Assembly (NCBI GenBank): GCA_964035545.1
Contig: OZ037765.1
Span: 4,474,698 to 4,538,697 of the forward strand
Source: Bugula neritina
Lineage: Eukaryota > Animalia > Bryozoa
Length of the DNA stretch: 64,000 nt
Direction of reading: 5' to 3'
Part shown: one piece after another, positions 25,809 to 38,964 of the stretch
How the letters are laid out: every line of letters begins with the position of its first letter
Position numbering within the stretch: position 1 is the stretch's first letter
The notes under the pieces: generated by a model
Told to the model about the DNA's origin: nothing
Database searches by the model: none
The model's input: only the letters and a program-made list of their open reading frames with translations
Position numbers and translations under genes: made by a program

Positions 25809-28800
25809 TTAAATGCTGATGGCATTTGGTATGTGTTCTGGTAACAGGATATCGTAGGGGTTTGATCTAGTACCATTCCTCTGTTTGATTATTTCCGAGA
25901 TAGACTTGAGCTCACCTTGAAAGCTGAAAAATAAAAATAGTCCATATAGTTTAGTATAAGTAAACTAACCAGCAGTCAAATATTCCAAAGCCCAAAGTTT
26001 ATTTTTGCTTTCTTGTAAAACATAACAGTTTGATTTAAACTAAAAGACGCCTACATATTTAATTACATTAGAATTCATTATGTACGATGAAGATAGGTAC
26101 CTTATCAATGCATTGACAGATGTTTTGTCATAGGCGTACTGAGTTTCAAAGTCGCCCAAAGAGTTGGTAGCTTTCTGACTGAGAATGCTAGCTATCATCA
26201 TCACATCTGTAGTTTGGTATTTATTGGGCAGGGCCTTTACTAGAAAGTCTTCGGTGAGAGGCTCCTACAACATACAACAATAAATACACAACTCAACAAA
26301 TTTAGACAATATAGAACCATTGTGGACAATATAGAGCTTTACACCATAGTTCGACTAAACTTGAGGTAGTGAGCTATTCTCAGTATTTTATTGTCAGTTC
26401 TACATTAGTCTTATTGCCTCAGCACATTGTTGACTTGAGTACAGTAGCTACATATTTACTGGACCAGGAGCTACACCAAAACTTTTCAGGTCTTTATTTA
26501 GTCAATGATAGAATGATTACTTGTAATACAACATTGAATTTTTCATTGCATCGAATGGATTCGTATGGTTGTGAATTTGTGGTTGCAGTTTGCATTAACT
26601 TATGGCTGTGGTTTCATTTGATGCAACTTTGTTCAAACATCCATTCGAAGCAATGGAACCACTGTGCTAGGCTAGTGTTGCCTGACTTGCTAGCTGAAAA
26701 ATAATTGCCCTCACTGTGCTACCATTACACCACGGAGACCACTGCGTAAACTCAACACTACACTAGCTATAAGTTGTGACCACTGAACTGAAACTATAAC
26801 CCTGGAAAGGACATCCGGTAGCTTTATAATGTAACCCCGCGTCCAAAGAGCAGCCATATTAGTGGATTGTTAGTTTCACTTTGAAGTAAGATTTTCGGGC
26901 AGTTTATCACGTGACCTGTTCATTTTTTCACGTCAACTGGAGCCTCTTTTCGAGAAGTATTTTAATTTTAGCCAGTTTGCCGCCATTGTTAAATTTTCAA
27001 ATGTCGCGGTTTGTCACTGATAGTAAGCATTACTAACAATGGATACTTCTGAACACACTTATCACGCAGTTTCAAAAAGCCAAAGACCATCAGGATTACA
27101 GTGCTTTGCTTATAATTGCTTCAATTACTCAAATTCATCGCGTTGATAGCAAAGAGAGAAACACTTCATTTCACAGGTTGAGGTTAGTTTGAGTAATACT
27201 AATACTTCTACTAATATTATTACTAATATTATTACTAATAGTAATACTTACACTAATACTAATAGTTATTAGTAATTGTATCCGTATCAATTATTATGGT
27301 AGAGATGATTTATGAATATATGGCAATGACTATACTAATACTTTTAGTTTGAGTCATAATGATGATCTAAATCTTAATTTATTGTAATTCAAATTGACTA
27401 ACTTTTTATAGCCATTACCCATTTACTTTTAGTCATTTCAATTTGATGATTTAGCTATAAAACTGAACTACAACTTGAATTAGAGTCTAATTGTAACACT
27501 AACGCTATATAAGTATATAATAAAATATAGCCAAAGGCTTAAGTTTTGTTGACAAATAAATGATCCAAGGCAAAGTAGATCTTACACAAAATTGTACTAG
27601 AAGTTGGCTAGTATTAGGATTTAGCAAAAGCTTTTTTATAAAAACATTATAATATGCAGCAAAAATTAATAGTTTGTATACTAAATTTACTTAGCTTTAG
27701 CTTTAAGTATTCATATATTTTTATTTTAGATTCTCTAACAAAATAAAGGATTTCAGCATGTGTAAGGAATGGTGGCAAGTGTCCAGGGGCTAAGAAGAAC
27801 TATCAGAAACTGCAAAACTGTGCAGTGAACATTTTTATCCTCAGCAAATTGACACCACTGGCCAAACTGGAAGGTTGCATGAAGGAGCTGTCTCATTAGC
27901 AGAGTTGGTTTCTATTCTATCTAGACTTTTATTAAGTTCTGAACTATAGTGTAAAATTAGCATTCTTCCAAAGTTGTCAAAAAATTATATTTGTTATACA
28001 AGTTACTTTTAAAATTCTTTTTAGAAACCAGTTACACCACAGAATACGAATGTGAGTAAAAATTCCAGCAATGAAGATCTACCAGTTCACACAGTTTTAA
28101 CAGCCATAATTAATTAGGTTTGAATAATTGTCAAGTCATTTTTAAGAGAGAATTAGTATTTTCATTTTGTGCAGCATACAGCATAGCAAGTTGAATGTTT
28201 TTGGAGTACACCTGTGTTTTCTAAAAAGATTAAAAGCTTTTGAATTGTTTTACTGGCTTGATAACTTGAAATTATTAAAATGGTATTTTAGGATCATTCT
28301 TACAGTGAAGGGGAGATTGGTGGATACGATATTTTTGGCATTGAAAAGCATGCTATGGAAACTTCTACTGACATTGAGAACCACCACTCTACGTTACTCA
28401 ACCTCATTGTTGAAATATATAAAGATTTTTTTAACACAATTTGTCTAAAATAAAAAACTTGTTTTACATAAAGTGAGCTGTCAACAGAGAAATAATGAAA
28501 ATGTTCTTTTTAAGAGTCAATAGACTTTTTATTTCTAGTTTTTATTTATATTACTTATATTATATATCAGGTTTTTAATTGATATCTACTTGCTTTTGTT
28601 GTTTTAAAGTAAAATATTTTTATAACAACAAGCCTCATTTCTCTATTCTATAGCCAACAATTATTACCAGCAGCCAAATTTAAGTAGATGTTTTATTATA
28701 TACTAGGTTTTTACTTGATATCAACTTGCTTTTGTTGTTTCAAAAAAGAATATTTTTATAACTACCAGCTTTATTTCTTTATGCTGTAGCCAACCCTTAT

Positions 28801-31800
28801 TACCAGCAGATAAAAATAGAGTAGATTTTGGAATTATTCACTTGTGTGGTGTGATGCCAAAGGTTTTATAAATACTGCAAAGTATAGTAATTTCCATTAC
28901 TTTTACATTAGAAAGTAGGCAGTGTCCAAAATTAAGAATTCTTCAATATGGCTGAAATATTTGGACGTTTAAAATTTACATTGGCCATTCCAGGGGATTA
29001 TAGTTCAATGGTTGTGACTATTATGCTAGTATGAGTCATAGCGCCAGTAGCCAGTAGACTTACCTTATTAGTGGGACGGGAAGAGTGCAGGTCTGTTGGG
29101 TAATTTGGAGGGTAAGCATACTGATTGTACTGACCAAAGTTCACAGCAGCGTGTTGCACGCTGCTGGTAAATATAAACACGGTTACGGACTTCAACTACT
29201 TCATCAGTGCTTTTGAATGTGTCGGGAATCCCCTAAAACATGCATTCAATAAAAAATGTGTATATTGAAGCATTTGATAAACCGAAAAATGGAGTGAACT
29301 GTTTATACTTTGAGATAAACTTACATTATTTAAAAAAAATTTAGTCACATATATGCGCAAGTAATGGGCATAATTGAGCAAATAATAGAATGACTATAAT
29401 TTATTATAATATAATGTTATGAAGATACAAAACATTTTATTACCTTGAAACTAGCTTCTTTTAGCTCTTTCAACCATCCTTGTATTTCTTCATCTTCCAC
29501 CAGCTTCTTCTTACTATCTGAATTAGTAAGATATAAAATTATATTCTGCCAGTAACTGCAGTAGTTCAACTTCTTACTAAAATTTATTATTATAACTTTT
29601 TACTGAAAAAAACTATAACATATTATACATTTTATATTATTTTAGTTGCTTGTTATTTTCTAATGCTAGCTCTAAAAACGTATTTACATCCAAAATTTCA
29701 TTGCAATAACGACAAAAAATCAATTGTCAATAAAATTTGAAACTGAACATTACTTCATCGAATTAAACTATCCGGAAGTTTCAAAACTTCAAATTACTAT
29801 TCAGTTAACCCTGTATGCAATGACTTCATTCTTGTAGAGTAAAGTGCAAAGAATGGACACGCTGCAAAGAAGACTCACCATAAACGTTTTCGACAATCTT
29901 CGTCACGTACGTCTGAATGGCGTTCCAGAGCAGCAGCGCGTCATCTCTGTAGTGGTAGTCAGGCAGGGCTTCTGTATCATCCACTCCCCGCCCACGCAAG
30001 TCGTTCACTAGATTGCCATTCTCCTTTACACTCCAGGTCTCCCATTTCTTCTTTATAATGTTGAACATGCCTGTTCGGCCAATGTGCATGGCTTTGTCTA
30101 CCCACCCTCCAGGAGATACTAGGGAACTTATGGCAATACTAAAATAAAATATATTATACAGATTATTGATAAAAATTTAATATTGCCATGATCGCAATTA
30201 ATTTATCTTGTTCTATTTTAAACTTTTAGACATTAGTATTTCTGTCATTAAAAAATATTCTCTAGCTATAAAATTGTTGAATATAGTCATGGCACGATCA
30301 CAACCTAGTTTCTAGTTAGGTTTTTATGACATACAAGAAGATATAATTGCTATAAAGAAGAAATTTATAATTCTTACTCATTGATTGCCAAAAGGTAAAT
30401 GAAGTGTGGGGCTAGCAGTTTGTGGATTGGGTGAGAGAGAGACAACTTCCTTTTAGTGCATACCACTACGGACTCCATCATCAAATGTGTGAATCCTAAG
30501 ACACATTTTGTATTATAGAACATATTTATATTCACAATATGCACCGATACAATAGATGAATGCATTGTGATGTATAATGGCAATAGAAAAGCAGTACAGG
30601 AACAACAATCATGTATTTATCTTTGTTACAATTTTTCTTCAAGTCTTATATTCAGATTATTCAAAGGAAACTGGAGACTCACCAAGATGAGCGACAGATT
30701 GATGGTGGGAGCAATCAGCCATGTTGAACCACACCTTAGCAGCCAACCAGGTGATGGTAGGATCAGATGGAGTGAACACCTACAAACAATGACCTACATT
30801 AGAATATAATTACAGTCACAGGATTACAGTATATAATATAGTTATATAATAACAATCAACAGTATTATAATGTATTAAGTATAAGTATTATCTATTATTA
30901 TATTACTATAATAATACTATATTATTATATTGTATTATAGTATTATTATAATGTATAAGTATTATGTGGCTATATATAATATAAGATAATATAATTATAT
31001 GATACAATTATATTACATAATTATGTAATATAATTATGTAATATAATTATATTATGTAATTGTGTAATGACTAGTGACTGAAGCATGACTCACAGGGTTG
31101 TCAGCTGCTTTTTCTGGCATCAACTGAATGGCTATTGGCACCAGCTGTTTGGAGTTTTTAACATATAGCAAGCAAGTTGGTCCAGGCAACTGAAAGATAA
31201 TATCGATTGTTTAGATATAATAACGTGATGCATCATCTGCCGAATTCGTTATTAAATTTTTAAAATGAAAAAACATTTACTAAAAGCTCTAACAGAGCAC
31301 TTTATATGTCATGATCCCTTTATAACCAATTATACAAATGTTTATTTTTCGATCTTTTAAATAAATGGTTTGAACTTTCTAGCACAGGTTTGTGCTTGCA
31401 TGTGAATGCATAGACATATACAGCTCTCTCCTCTCATCATACATAGATGTACCGACAGTAATTCCAACATACTTATAGGTTTGCCTAACTGTAATTGATG
31501 GTGTGACTTGATCATTTATGCTTAGGACAGGTTTTCAATTTACACTTTATTTACCAAAAACAAAGTTACAGTTAAAGCCTTGCGAGTGTCACAGAGTTTT
31601 TGAGTGTGACTTAAGATAATGAACTATGACCGTGGTTCTCACCTTCTTGTTATGAAGGCACTCAATGTCCGCCAAGTACCTCAAGTCAATCATGTAAAGT
31701 CTCTTAGCCTGCAGTGCCTCTTCGAAGTCGTGACCTTCCAAGAACACCTCCAACTCACTCTTGGATATGTCCATACTGCAATTAGTACCCACGGTCTGTC

Positions 31801-34127
31801 TTTATTGGAAACCAATTGCTTGTCAGCTTTAAAATGCTTGTTTATTAACTAGTAAGCGGAGATTGTAGAAAATTTATATGCAATAGTAAGCACAATCTAA
31901 ACATAATTAGTCAGTTTTATTGTATTTACACAAAAAATATAGAAACTAAAATAAATATAGTTAGTATCATTATAATTCATTATAGGCACTAAAATATAAT
32001 AAGTGTAGGGATTATTACAACTTTCAACATAATGTCATTTGATGCTATAATGAGCAAAATTACACTATACCTCACCATCCACTGTATAAAACAACACATT
32101 GTAACTACATATATCCACCCATTGACCTTGTAAAACAAACTATGCTAAAGTTTGCTGATGCAATAGAACTCACTGTTCAGGAAACTTGGTGCACAGTTCA
32201 ATGATGCAGGGGTTACAGCCAGTGAGCTTCTGGTCTCCAAAGAATTCGTCTTCTTTCCAGAGGTCAGCAGACTACAAATTAAATTATACATTACATAATA
32301 CAGTATTAGTATATTGTAGCACAGCATTAGTTACATTCTAATATAGTAGTAGTATATTGTAATATAGTACTGGTATACTGTAATATAGTACTGGTATATT
32401 GTAATATAGCATTAGTATATTGAAATATATTACTAGTATAATTATTGTAATATAGCATTAATATACTGTAAGTCTGTAACACAGTACTAATATATTTCAA
32501 TATAGTATTATTATATTGTAATACAGTACATTGTAATATGGTACTAGTATATTGTAGCACAGTATTAGTTACATGCATTGTAATACAGTGCGAGTATATT
32601 GTAATACTGTACTAGCACTGTTGCAATATAATACATTGTAATATAGTGCTAGTATATTGTAATACAGTATTAGTACATTGCATAAGACAGTAGTAGCACA
32701 TTGTAACACAAAATTGATAACTTAGCCCAACAGTTTTAAATTTAGTTATATTTATACAGTATGCCACTAGATGTAACAATATATGTATGAACACCAATAT
32801 AAACTATCATGACGTAAATTCATACTTAAAAGGTTAGATTAGAACACATTTTTTATGGTTTACCAGCTTTAAGTGCTTTAAAACTTGCAGTGGAATGGCT
32901 ATTTATAAATTTTACAGTTCCACATGCATCATGGTAAACTTTACACGCCATGGTTGATAAAATTATATCACTACCGCATAATGTAATAATTAATGTATTT
33001 AAAGAAACTTTATTATGTTGTAATGTCCTAAGAGCTTACAGTTGGCTTGGGCAAAGCTTTTGTGTCGTAGAGCTTTTCATAGTCATCAATGCTGTCTATA
33101 GGCTTATGAAATGCATCAACAACATCACTTGCTAGAGTGTCAATAGCAAATGTAGTGACAAACTCTCTCTACAAAAGACCATCATATTATATGGTGGGCA
33201 TTAAAATCTGCACCAGGTACACATCAAATATATATACAAAGTGTACTCATCAGTCATTATTTCTATTTTCATACAAGATGCTTTTACTTAGAAAATTGAA
33301 GTTGTTTACAATTCGACAATATTTTAAAAAAATCAAATATCAACTTTATGCAGAAACTATATTAGATGTAACATCACAGCTGAAACTTGATATGAATTAT
33401 TACAGAGTAGTATGAATCTAAATAAACAGCCAACTACAGCAGACAAAATACACGTTAAACACTCACCTGATACTCTTCAGAAAACTGTTCATCATCAGGT
33501 AAAATCTCTACCTGCAAATTTACACAAAAAACTAAAGACAATCAGATATTAGTTTTTATCAAATATTATTTTTTAATGTAGTTAATTTTTATTTTCTTAG
33601 TAGACTCTGTAGTTGGTCGACTGTGAAATAGTTTATTGAAATATCCACAAGTAAAACATATATAAGTGGGTGACAACCTGTGATCATACTTAGTTACTTA
33701 TTTTAGTCTTGACATATTTCCTTAAACCCTGTTCCCTCAAATACCACATCTAAGAGCCAGAGGCTAATCATTAAACTGCCACCTAATCAGTTTGTAGCCT
33801 TGGTTCTAACCTGCGGAGGAGCTCCAATTATCTTCTCAGACAACATGTAAACATCTCTAGTGAAGGCCAGTTCTAGTGCCCTCTGCTCCTTGTGCACCTC
33901 AAACTGCGGCAGCACGCTGTCATTCTCCTGAACCTTTAGAGTGCTGCTGGTCTTTATCCACCTGTTGATGGGGAAATAGCTGACTGATTTACCGTCCACG
34001 GCATCGATGATGTCGGTGTAGGGCTTGTTCAGAGAAACTGTAGCCAACTCCACAAACCTGCAGCACAGTTTATCTTCCTTTCAAATACTTGTACTATTAT
34101 ACTGCCTTTTTAAGTATTGTAAATTAA

Positions 34128-34212
<85 letters not shown>

Positions 34213-35076
34213 CAAAATGAAGTAAAAACAAAATGAAGTAAACAAAATGAAGTAAAAACATTGAACAAAATGAAGTAAAAACACAAAAAGTAAAATACAT
34301 TATAAAGAAAACTATTTAAAAAAGTTGAAAGTCTATATGAAAGCAAGGAATCATTAAAACATCTGTTCTACCCTAATAATACCCTACAGACTTAACAGTT
34401 TTGTGCAATAAAATATTATAATTTTAGAAAGATATAAGAAAAACTGCAGGAATAGGTAGACTCACCATTCGTTGTTGTGTCCAGTATGATCTCTCCTGAT
34501 CTCAATGTCTGTTATCTTACTCACGAAGTTCAAAGTCACGTAGAAGTTGTGAATGTCACCCTTCTTAAAGTGACGTTTGTGATTTTTGGTAATTGTGATC
34601 TCTTGGCTTTGACCTTCATCATTCCTGAAGGTCACATAAACCTAAAACATCACAACATTTATGATAACCTCTAAACTAACACTGGAAATATTGGCTTGTT
34701 ATATGGACATTTATGGAAAGTGAATTTTTTGTGCTTTTAAATTTATTACTTTATGTAAATATAGAGTAGCAAATTGTTCAAGAGCGAGTTTTGAAGCATT
34801 GAAAATAAACAAATTTAATAAAATTACATCATCCCTATTTCTATATGCTAGCGACAATACAATTTTAATCTTTTATAATTAGTTAATAAAGATGTACCAG
34901 TACCAATACTGTAAATTACACAAATATGATTTAAATAGCTCTTGTTAACTGGTAAAGCTTATAACAATAAATAGTATTACCTTTGCATTAACATTAGCTC
35001 CTTTCTTGTCGCCTGTTGTGATGGATAGAATATGTGTACAATGCTCTCTTTCAGCCTTGCTTACGTGGCTACCCAT
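25809..35076 (-). CDS. PLAT-domain non-heme-iron lipoxygenase (animal ALOX / invertebrate LOX family), 15 exons, ~671 aa if one +1 frameshift in exon 13 is corrected
   Basis: Exons 34981-35076, 34466-34641, 33811-34057, 33467-33511, 33040-33168, 32174-32271, 31643-31775, 31094-31189, 30683-30779, 30378-30495, 29879-30138, 29444-29517, 29064-29232, 26101-26264, 25809-25923. Motifs: FPINRWI, WKEDEFFGDQKLTGCNP, PIAIQL, WLAAK, HHQSVAHLGFTHL, HPIHKLLAPH, YRDDALLLW, QHAAVNF, and C-terminal PNAISI. All iron ligands are present. Confidence 0.93.
27039..28430 (+). pseudogene. Decayed THAP-domain P-element transposase
   Basis: Exon ~27039-27176: QCFAYNCFNY/(frameshift)/..SFHR. Exon from 27730: FSNK..EWW..*..AKLCSEHF..DTTGQTGRLHEGAVS (C2CH THAP zinc finger with an in-frame TAA). 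At ~28292 DHSY (HCF-1-binding motif), then EKHAMET..ENHHSTLLNLIVEIY, which resembles the THAP9 C-terminus. The catalytic core is missing. Confidence 0.82.
27195..27500. other. Cryptic 6-bp-periodic tract in the first intron of the transposon THAP gene
   Basis: AATACT AATACT TCTACT AATATT ATTACT AATATT ATTACT AATAGT AATACT TACACT AATACT AATAGT. Confidence 0.7.
28570..28830. repeat. Two diverged tandem copies of a ~135-bp unit inside the P element
   Basis: GGTTTTTA.TTGATATC.ACTTGCTTTTGTTGTTT...TTATTACCAGCAG occurs twice. Confidence 0.85.
32290..32710. repeat. Degenerate 21-bp minisatellite (AGTACTAGTATATTGTAATAT-like) in a lipoxygenase intron
   Basis: Recurrent TATATTGTAATATAG at 21-bp spacing; produces the spurious LQYTSTI ORFs. 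Confidence 0.85.
34130..34290. repeat. (AT)n microsatellite followed by AACAAAATGAAGTAA repeats
   Basis: Directly visible. Confidence 0.95.
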
Positions 35077-35152
35077 GTTTTACTGCTGCGCGTGTACTGT
35101 TAGCTGAATATCAATGATTTGTTGAAATGTGCTTTCTTTCAGCAGCACACGG

Positions 35153-35160
35153 CTTTTATA
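35153..35160 (-). promoter_or_regulatory. TATA box of the lipoxygenase gene
   Basis: TATAAAAG on the minus strand ~80 bp upstream of the ATG at 35076. Confidence 0.65.
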
Positions 35161-35864
35161 CTTCATCATAGGGTCAACGAACTCGTTGAGTGACCTAGAT
35201 AATATATAGGTCACAATATAGGGCACAATCGGAGAATAACATTAACACCAGAAATATTTTGAGTAGCCCAAGGTTTGTGTGACAATAGAAATAAGAGTGC
35301 ATATGAAGGTAATTTGCTACCAGAATATTTTCTGTTTGTAAAACCACACGCTTTCAATTTTTGGTCTCAATTTACTGTAGTGTTCGTCTAATGCCTGAAG
35401 GTGTAGCCAGGTTCACATGGTTTAGTCTGTTAAGTGCAGAGGTAGAAAGTTACTGTGAATTATTTCCCAAACAGGTTAGCCAGGTCAACGTATGGGTATA
35501 ACTGTGAGATAATAGATGAAAGTTTGGTCTAGAATTTGCAAATTATGATGTGGAAACTTGCTACATGGTTAGATTTTAATGGCGAATACATACATCAACA
35601 TTTGCAAGATTATATGCTATATGATATACTGGACATACTACAGTGTTACTTTTGCTTAAATTCAATTATAAAAAAGTAAAGAGTATAATATAAGCCTTAA
35701 GTTGTAGCAGCAATAGTCAGATTAACACCAGTAGAGGAGGATGAATGTCTGATAAGGCGAATTAATGAAATCTTCCAAAAGTCTATAATTCATGAGTGAT
35801 AGGAAAACCCCCTTCTGAAAGCTGCAGTTGTGCTCCTTTTAAGCCATCAATACATGATGTTTGC

Positions 35865-36373
35865 CTGATACCCTCCCATATCCCCTGCATACTCTTTAAA
35901 TATCCCTGTACGTATACCCTTTGTACACCATTTTATACCCCCCAGATACCCCTGTATCACCCTCTCTTCCCTTGTATATCCCTTGTATACCATTTTTATT
36001 TTATGATATATGGTAAACTGGGTGTGGAGGCTTGAGTGTGGGGGTTTGAGTTTGGGAAAATTCAACATCGTTGTGCCATTTTTACCTACTTTTCCTTTTG
36101 TGCCATTATTACCTGTGCCATTTTTGCTTTGCCACTTTTACCTACGCTATTTTTACCTAAAATTCATTTTTATCCTCTGTATACCCCTTTTTATGCACCT
36201 TAAATACCCTTCTCATACCCCCTTGTATACCCCCTTGTATGCCCCTTTGTATAGCCCCTTGTATACTCCTTTGTATACCCCCTTCTCATACCCCCTTGTA
36301 TGCCTCTTTGTATAGCCCCTTGTATACTCCTTTGTACACCCCCTTGCATACCACCTTGTATACCCCCTTGTAT
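35865..36373. repeat. 13-bp minisatellite (CCCCTTGTATACC-like) interrupted by a TGTGCCATTTTTACC repeat block (~36070-36165)
   Basis: Tandem units visible; the internal block resembles subterminal repeats of a DNA transposon end. Confidence 0.8.
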
Positions 36374-37093
36374 TTCACAAACTTCTCACAAGCTATAAAT
36401 ATGTGAGCAGCAACACTTTAGTCTATTGCAAACACACCAGCAGACAAAACTCTAAAAAACAAGTTTGTAAATACACAATTCACAAAGCTGGCTAGCGTTT
36501 CTTATCAATAAAAGTTTGTTGACCCCTTTTTATACTATTGCAAGCCACATGACGCTTTACCAAAAATATTTTATGATGTATTGTTGAGTCTAAACTGATA
36601 CCCCTATGCACTTTATTGACTTTAGAGTTAGGTGGGGCTTCACTCTATACATCACAGTGTCAACAAACTGCTCATTGCCATGTGGTAACAGGATCTTAGT
36701 CTATATTGGAGTCATTAGGTTGTACTATAACAGGCTGAGCGCTTGTTTACCCCATTGCCAGTACTTTTTAGGAAAAACATAAGCTAATGCACAGTTTATT
36801 GGCCCAGTGGTTGTAACATAACATGAGTGCATTTAGCCTGCAGAACTAGAGATGGGTGGTGGGTGGCACACAGAACCAGCCACAGATGTGAACATATCCT
36901 TGGTTTTCACCAACAGCTGCGAAGCTAATTACTTAAATATGTATGGCTGCCTAGAGCAAACAGAAACTATTTACTGGCAAATTTGCAAAAGATGTTTTAA
37001 TTAGTTCTCATAAAATAAATTGGCTGATATAATATATATTTTAAAGGGTTTATTAGAACAGAATGCTGACTGGTAGAATAAATAAATACAGTG

Positions 37094-37568
<475 letters not shown>

Positions 37569-38081
37569 AAATAAGTCTCCCCATCAGAGTAAATTGAAAC
37601 AGGTAAAATAGCACACTACAGTTTAAGTGTTAGACTATATAATATGTTGCAACCAAACTGTGGGACTAGAAATTTTATAAAACATTTTTGCAAAAAGCAG
37701 CTTCTCTTCTAAATACTTATATTAATTAGTAAGGTGAAACTCTGATAAATTCATAGACTCTGTTTATATTATGGTTAAAACAAGAATTCTAGTTCTAATT
37801 TGTAGGTTTAAAAGGTGTTTGATTGTATTATAAGACCATATAATAACTTTTTATAAAATAGATTTTCAACGTTTCACAGTTTCATAAAACTTTAGGTTGT
37901 AAAATATCACTCTAACATTTACTAGCATATTATTAGTAGGATTGCCTCAACTTATATAAAGCAATTTGGATAATCTATACCCCTGTGATGGTATAAGTTG
38001 TATGGGCAAATGTGTCTGCAAATAATATTTGTCTTATATACTGTGACCACAAGGCATGACCTGGATCTCTATAGTCTGGAC

Positions 38082-38379
38082 CAGGGATATGGAATATTCT
38101 ATGGGGAGGGCCACATTGTAAACCCAGAGATGGGGGTCACAGCACCAGCTTCGTTGAAATTACTTTATTCCAAATTTTTATGAATCGTCACATTATAAAA
38201 TCTTATTAGTTCCTACAGGCTGCATGTTTTGTAGTATGTGTGTAAATAAGAGATTTAAAAGTTAGTTTTTCCCTCTAATTCATGTGAAAAATAGTTTTAG
38301 TTTTATGCCTTTGAGGACCAAATAAATGTAGGCCTGGGGGCCTTTATCTGGCCCTGGGGCTGCTTGTTGGACAGTCCTT
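38082..38379. mobile_element. Old hAT (Charlie-like) MITE remnant
   Basis: CAGGG.. start, GGGCC..TGGCCC subterminal motifs and ..GTTGGACAGTCCT end. Flanks GTCTGGAC and GTCTAGAG match 6/8 and resemble the NTCTAGAN target. Confidence 0.4.
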
Positions 38380-38773
38380 GTCTAGAGTCTAGACTCTAGA
38401 CAATGTTTTACTCTATTAGCCCGGCGACCAGATTGAGTTTAGTACTGTTTGTAACGCTATGTGGCCCTTGAAGCTGATGCACATACAATGCACAATGGTA
38501 CATATAACATCCACAACATGAGGTCAATAATCCTTTTCTTTTGCATTTGACAAAATGTCACTACGACATTGGTACTTGTAAAGTGTTGACAGAATTGGTC
38601 TAGTGTTAAATACTTAAACAGTGATCTGAGTAAATACTAAGATAACAAAACTGAAGAGAAAAGTTCTAATTATTGTGCTGTTATGATTGCTTGTTTAGTT
38701 TATTTGCAGAATATCCAGTCAGTTGACCCAATTAATGAGTTTTAAGATTTTGAATACCCAGTTGGTTATCACG

Positions 38774-38865
38774 TCATACTTATATTACTATCATACTTAT
38801 ATTACTGTCATACTTATATTACTTTCATACTTATATTACTATCATACTTATATTACTTTCATATA
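38774..38865. repeat. 17-bp minisatellite TCATACTTATATTACTN
   Basis: About 5 tandem copies. Confidence 0.92.
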
Positions 38866-38964
38866 CTATGTTGCTATCAGACTTGGTTATAACTTATAGC
38901 TCTTCAATATGACAAAAAAGTCACTTGAAGATTACATATAATTATCATCTATGCTTTCATATAA

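Larger units (their letters stand above)
26781..29010 (+). mobile_element. Internally deleted P-element-superfamily (THAP9-like) transposon in lipoxygenase intron 13, antisense to the host gene
   Basis: Exact 8-bp TSD GTTGTGAC at 26773-26780 and 29011-29018. TIR CA(C/T)TGAACT..ATAA..CCCTGGAA with subterminal CGTCCAAA and CAGCCATATT on both arms. Contains THAP and transposase C-terminal remnants. Confidence 0.88.
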
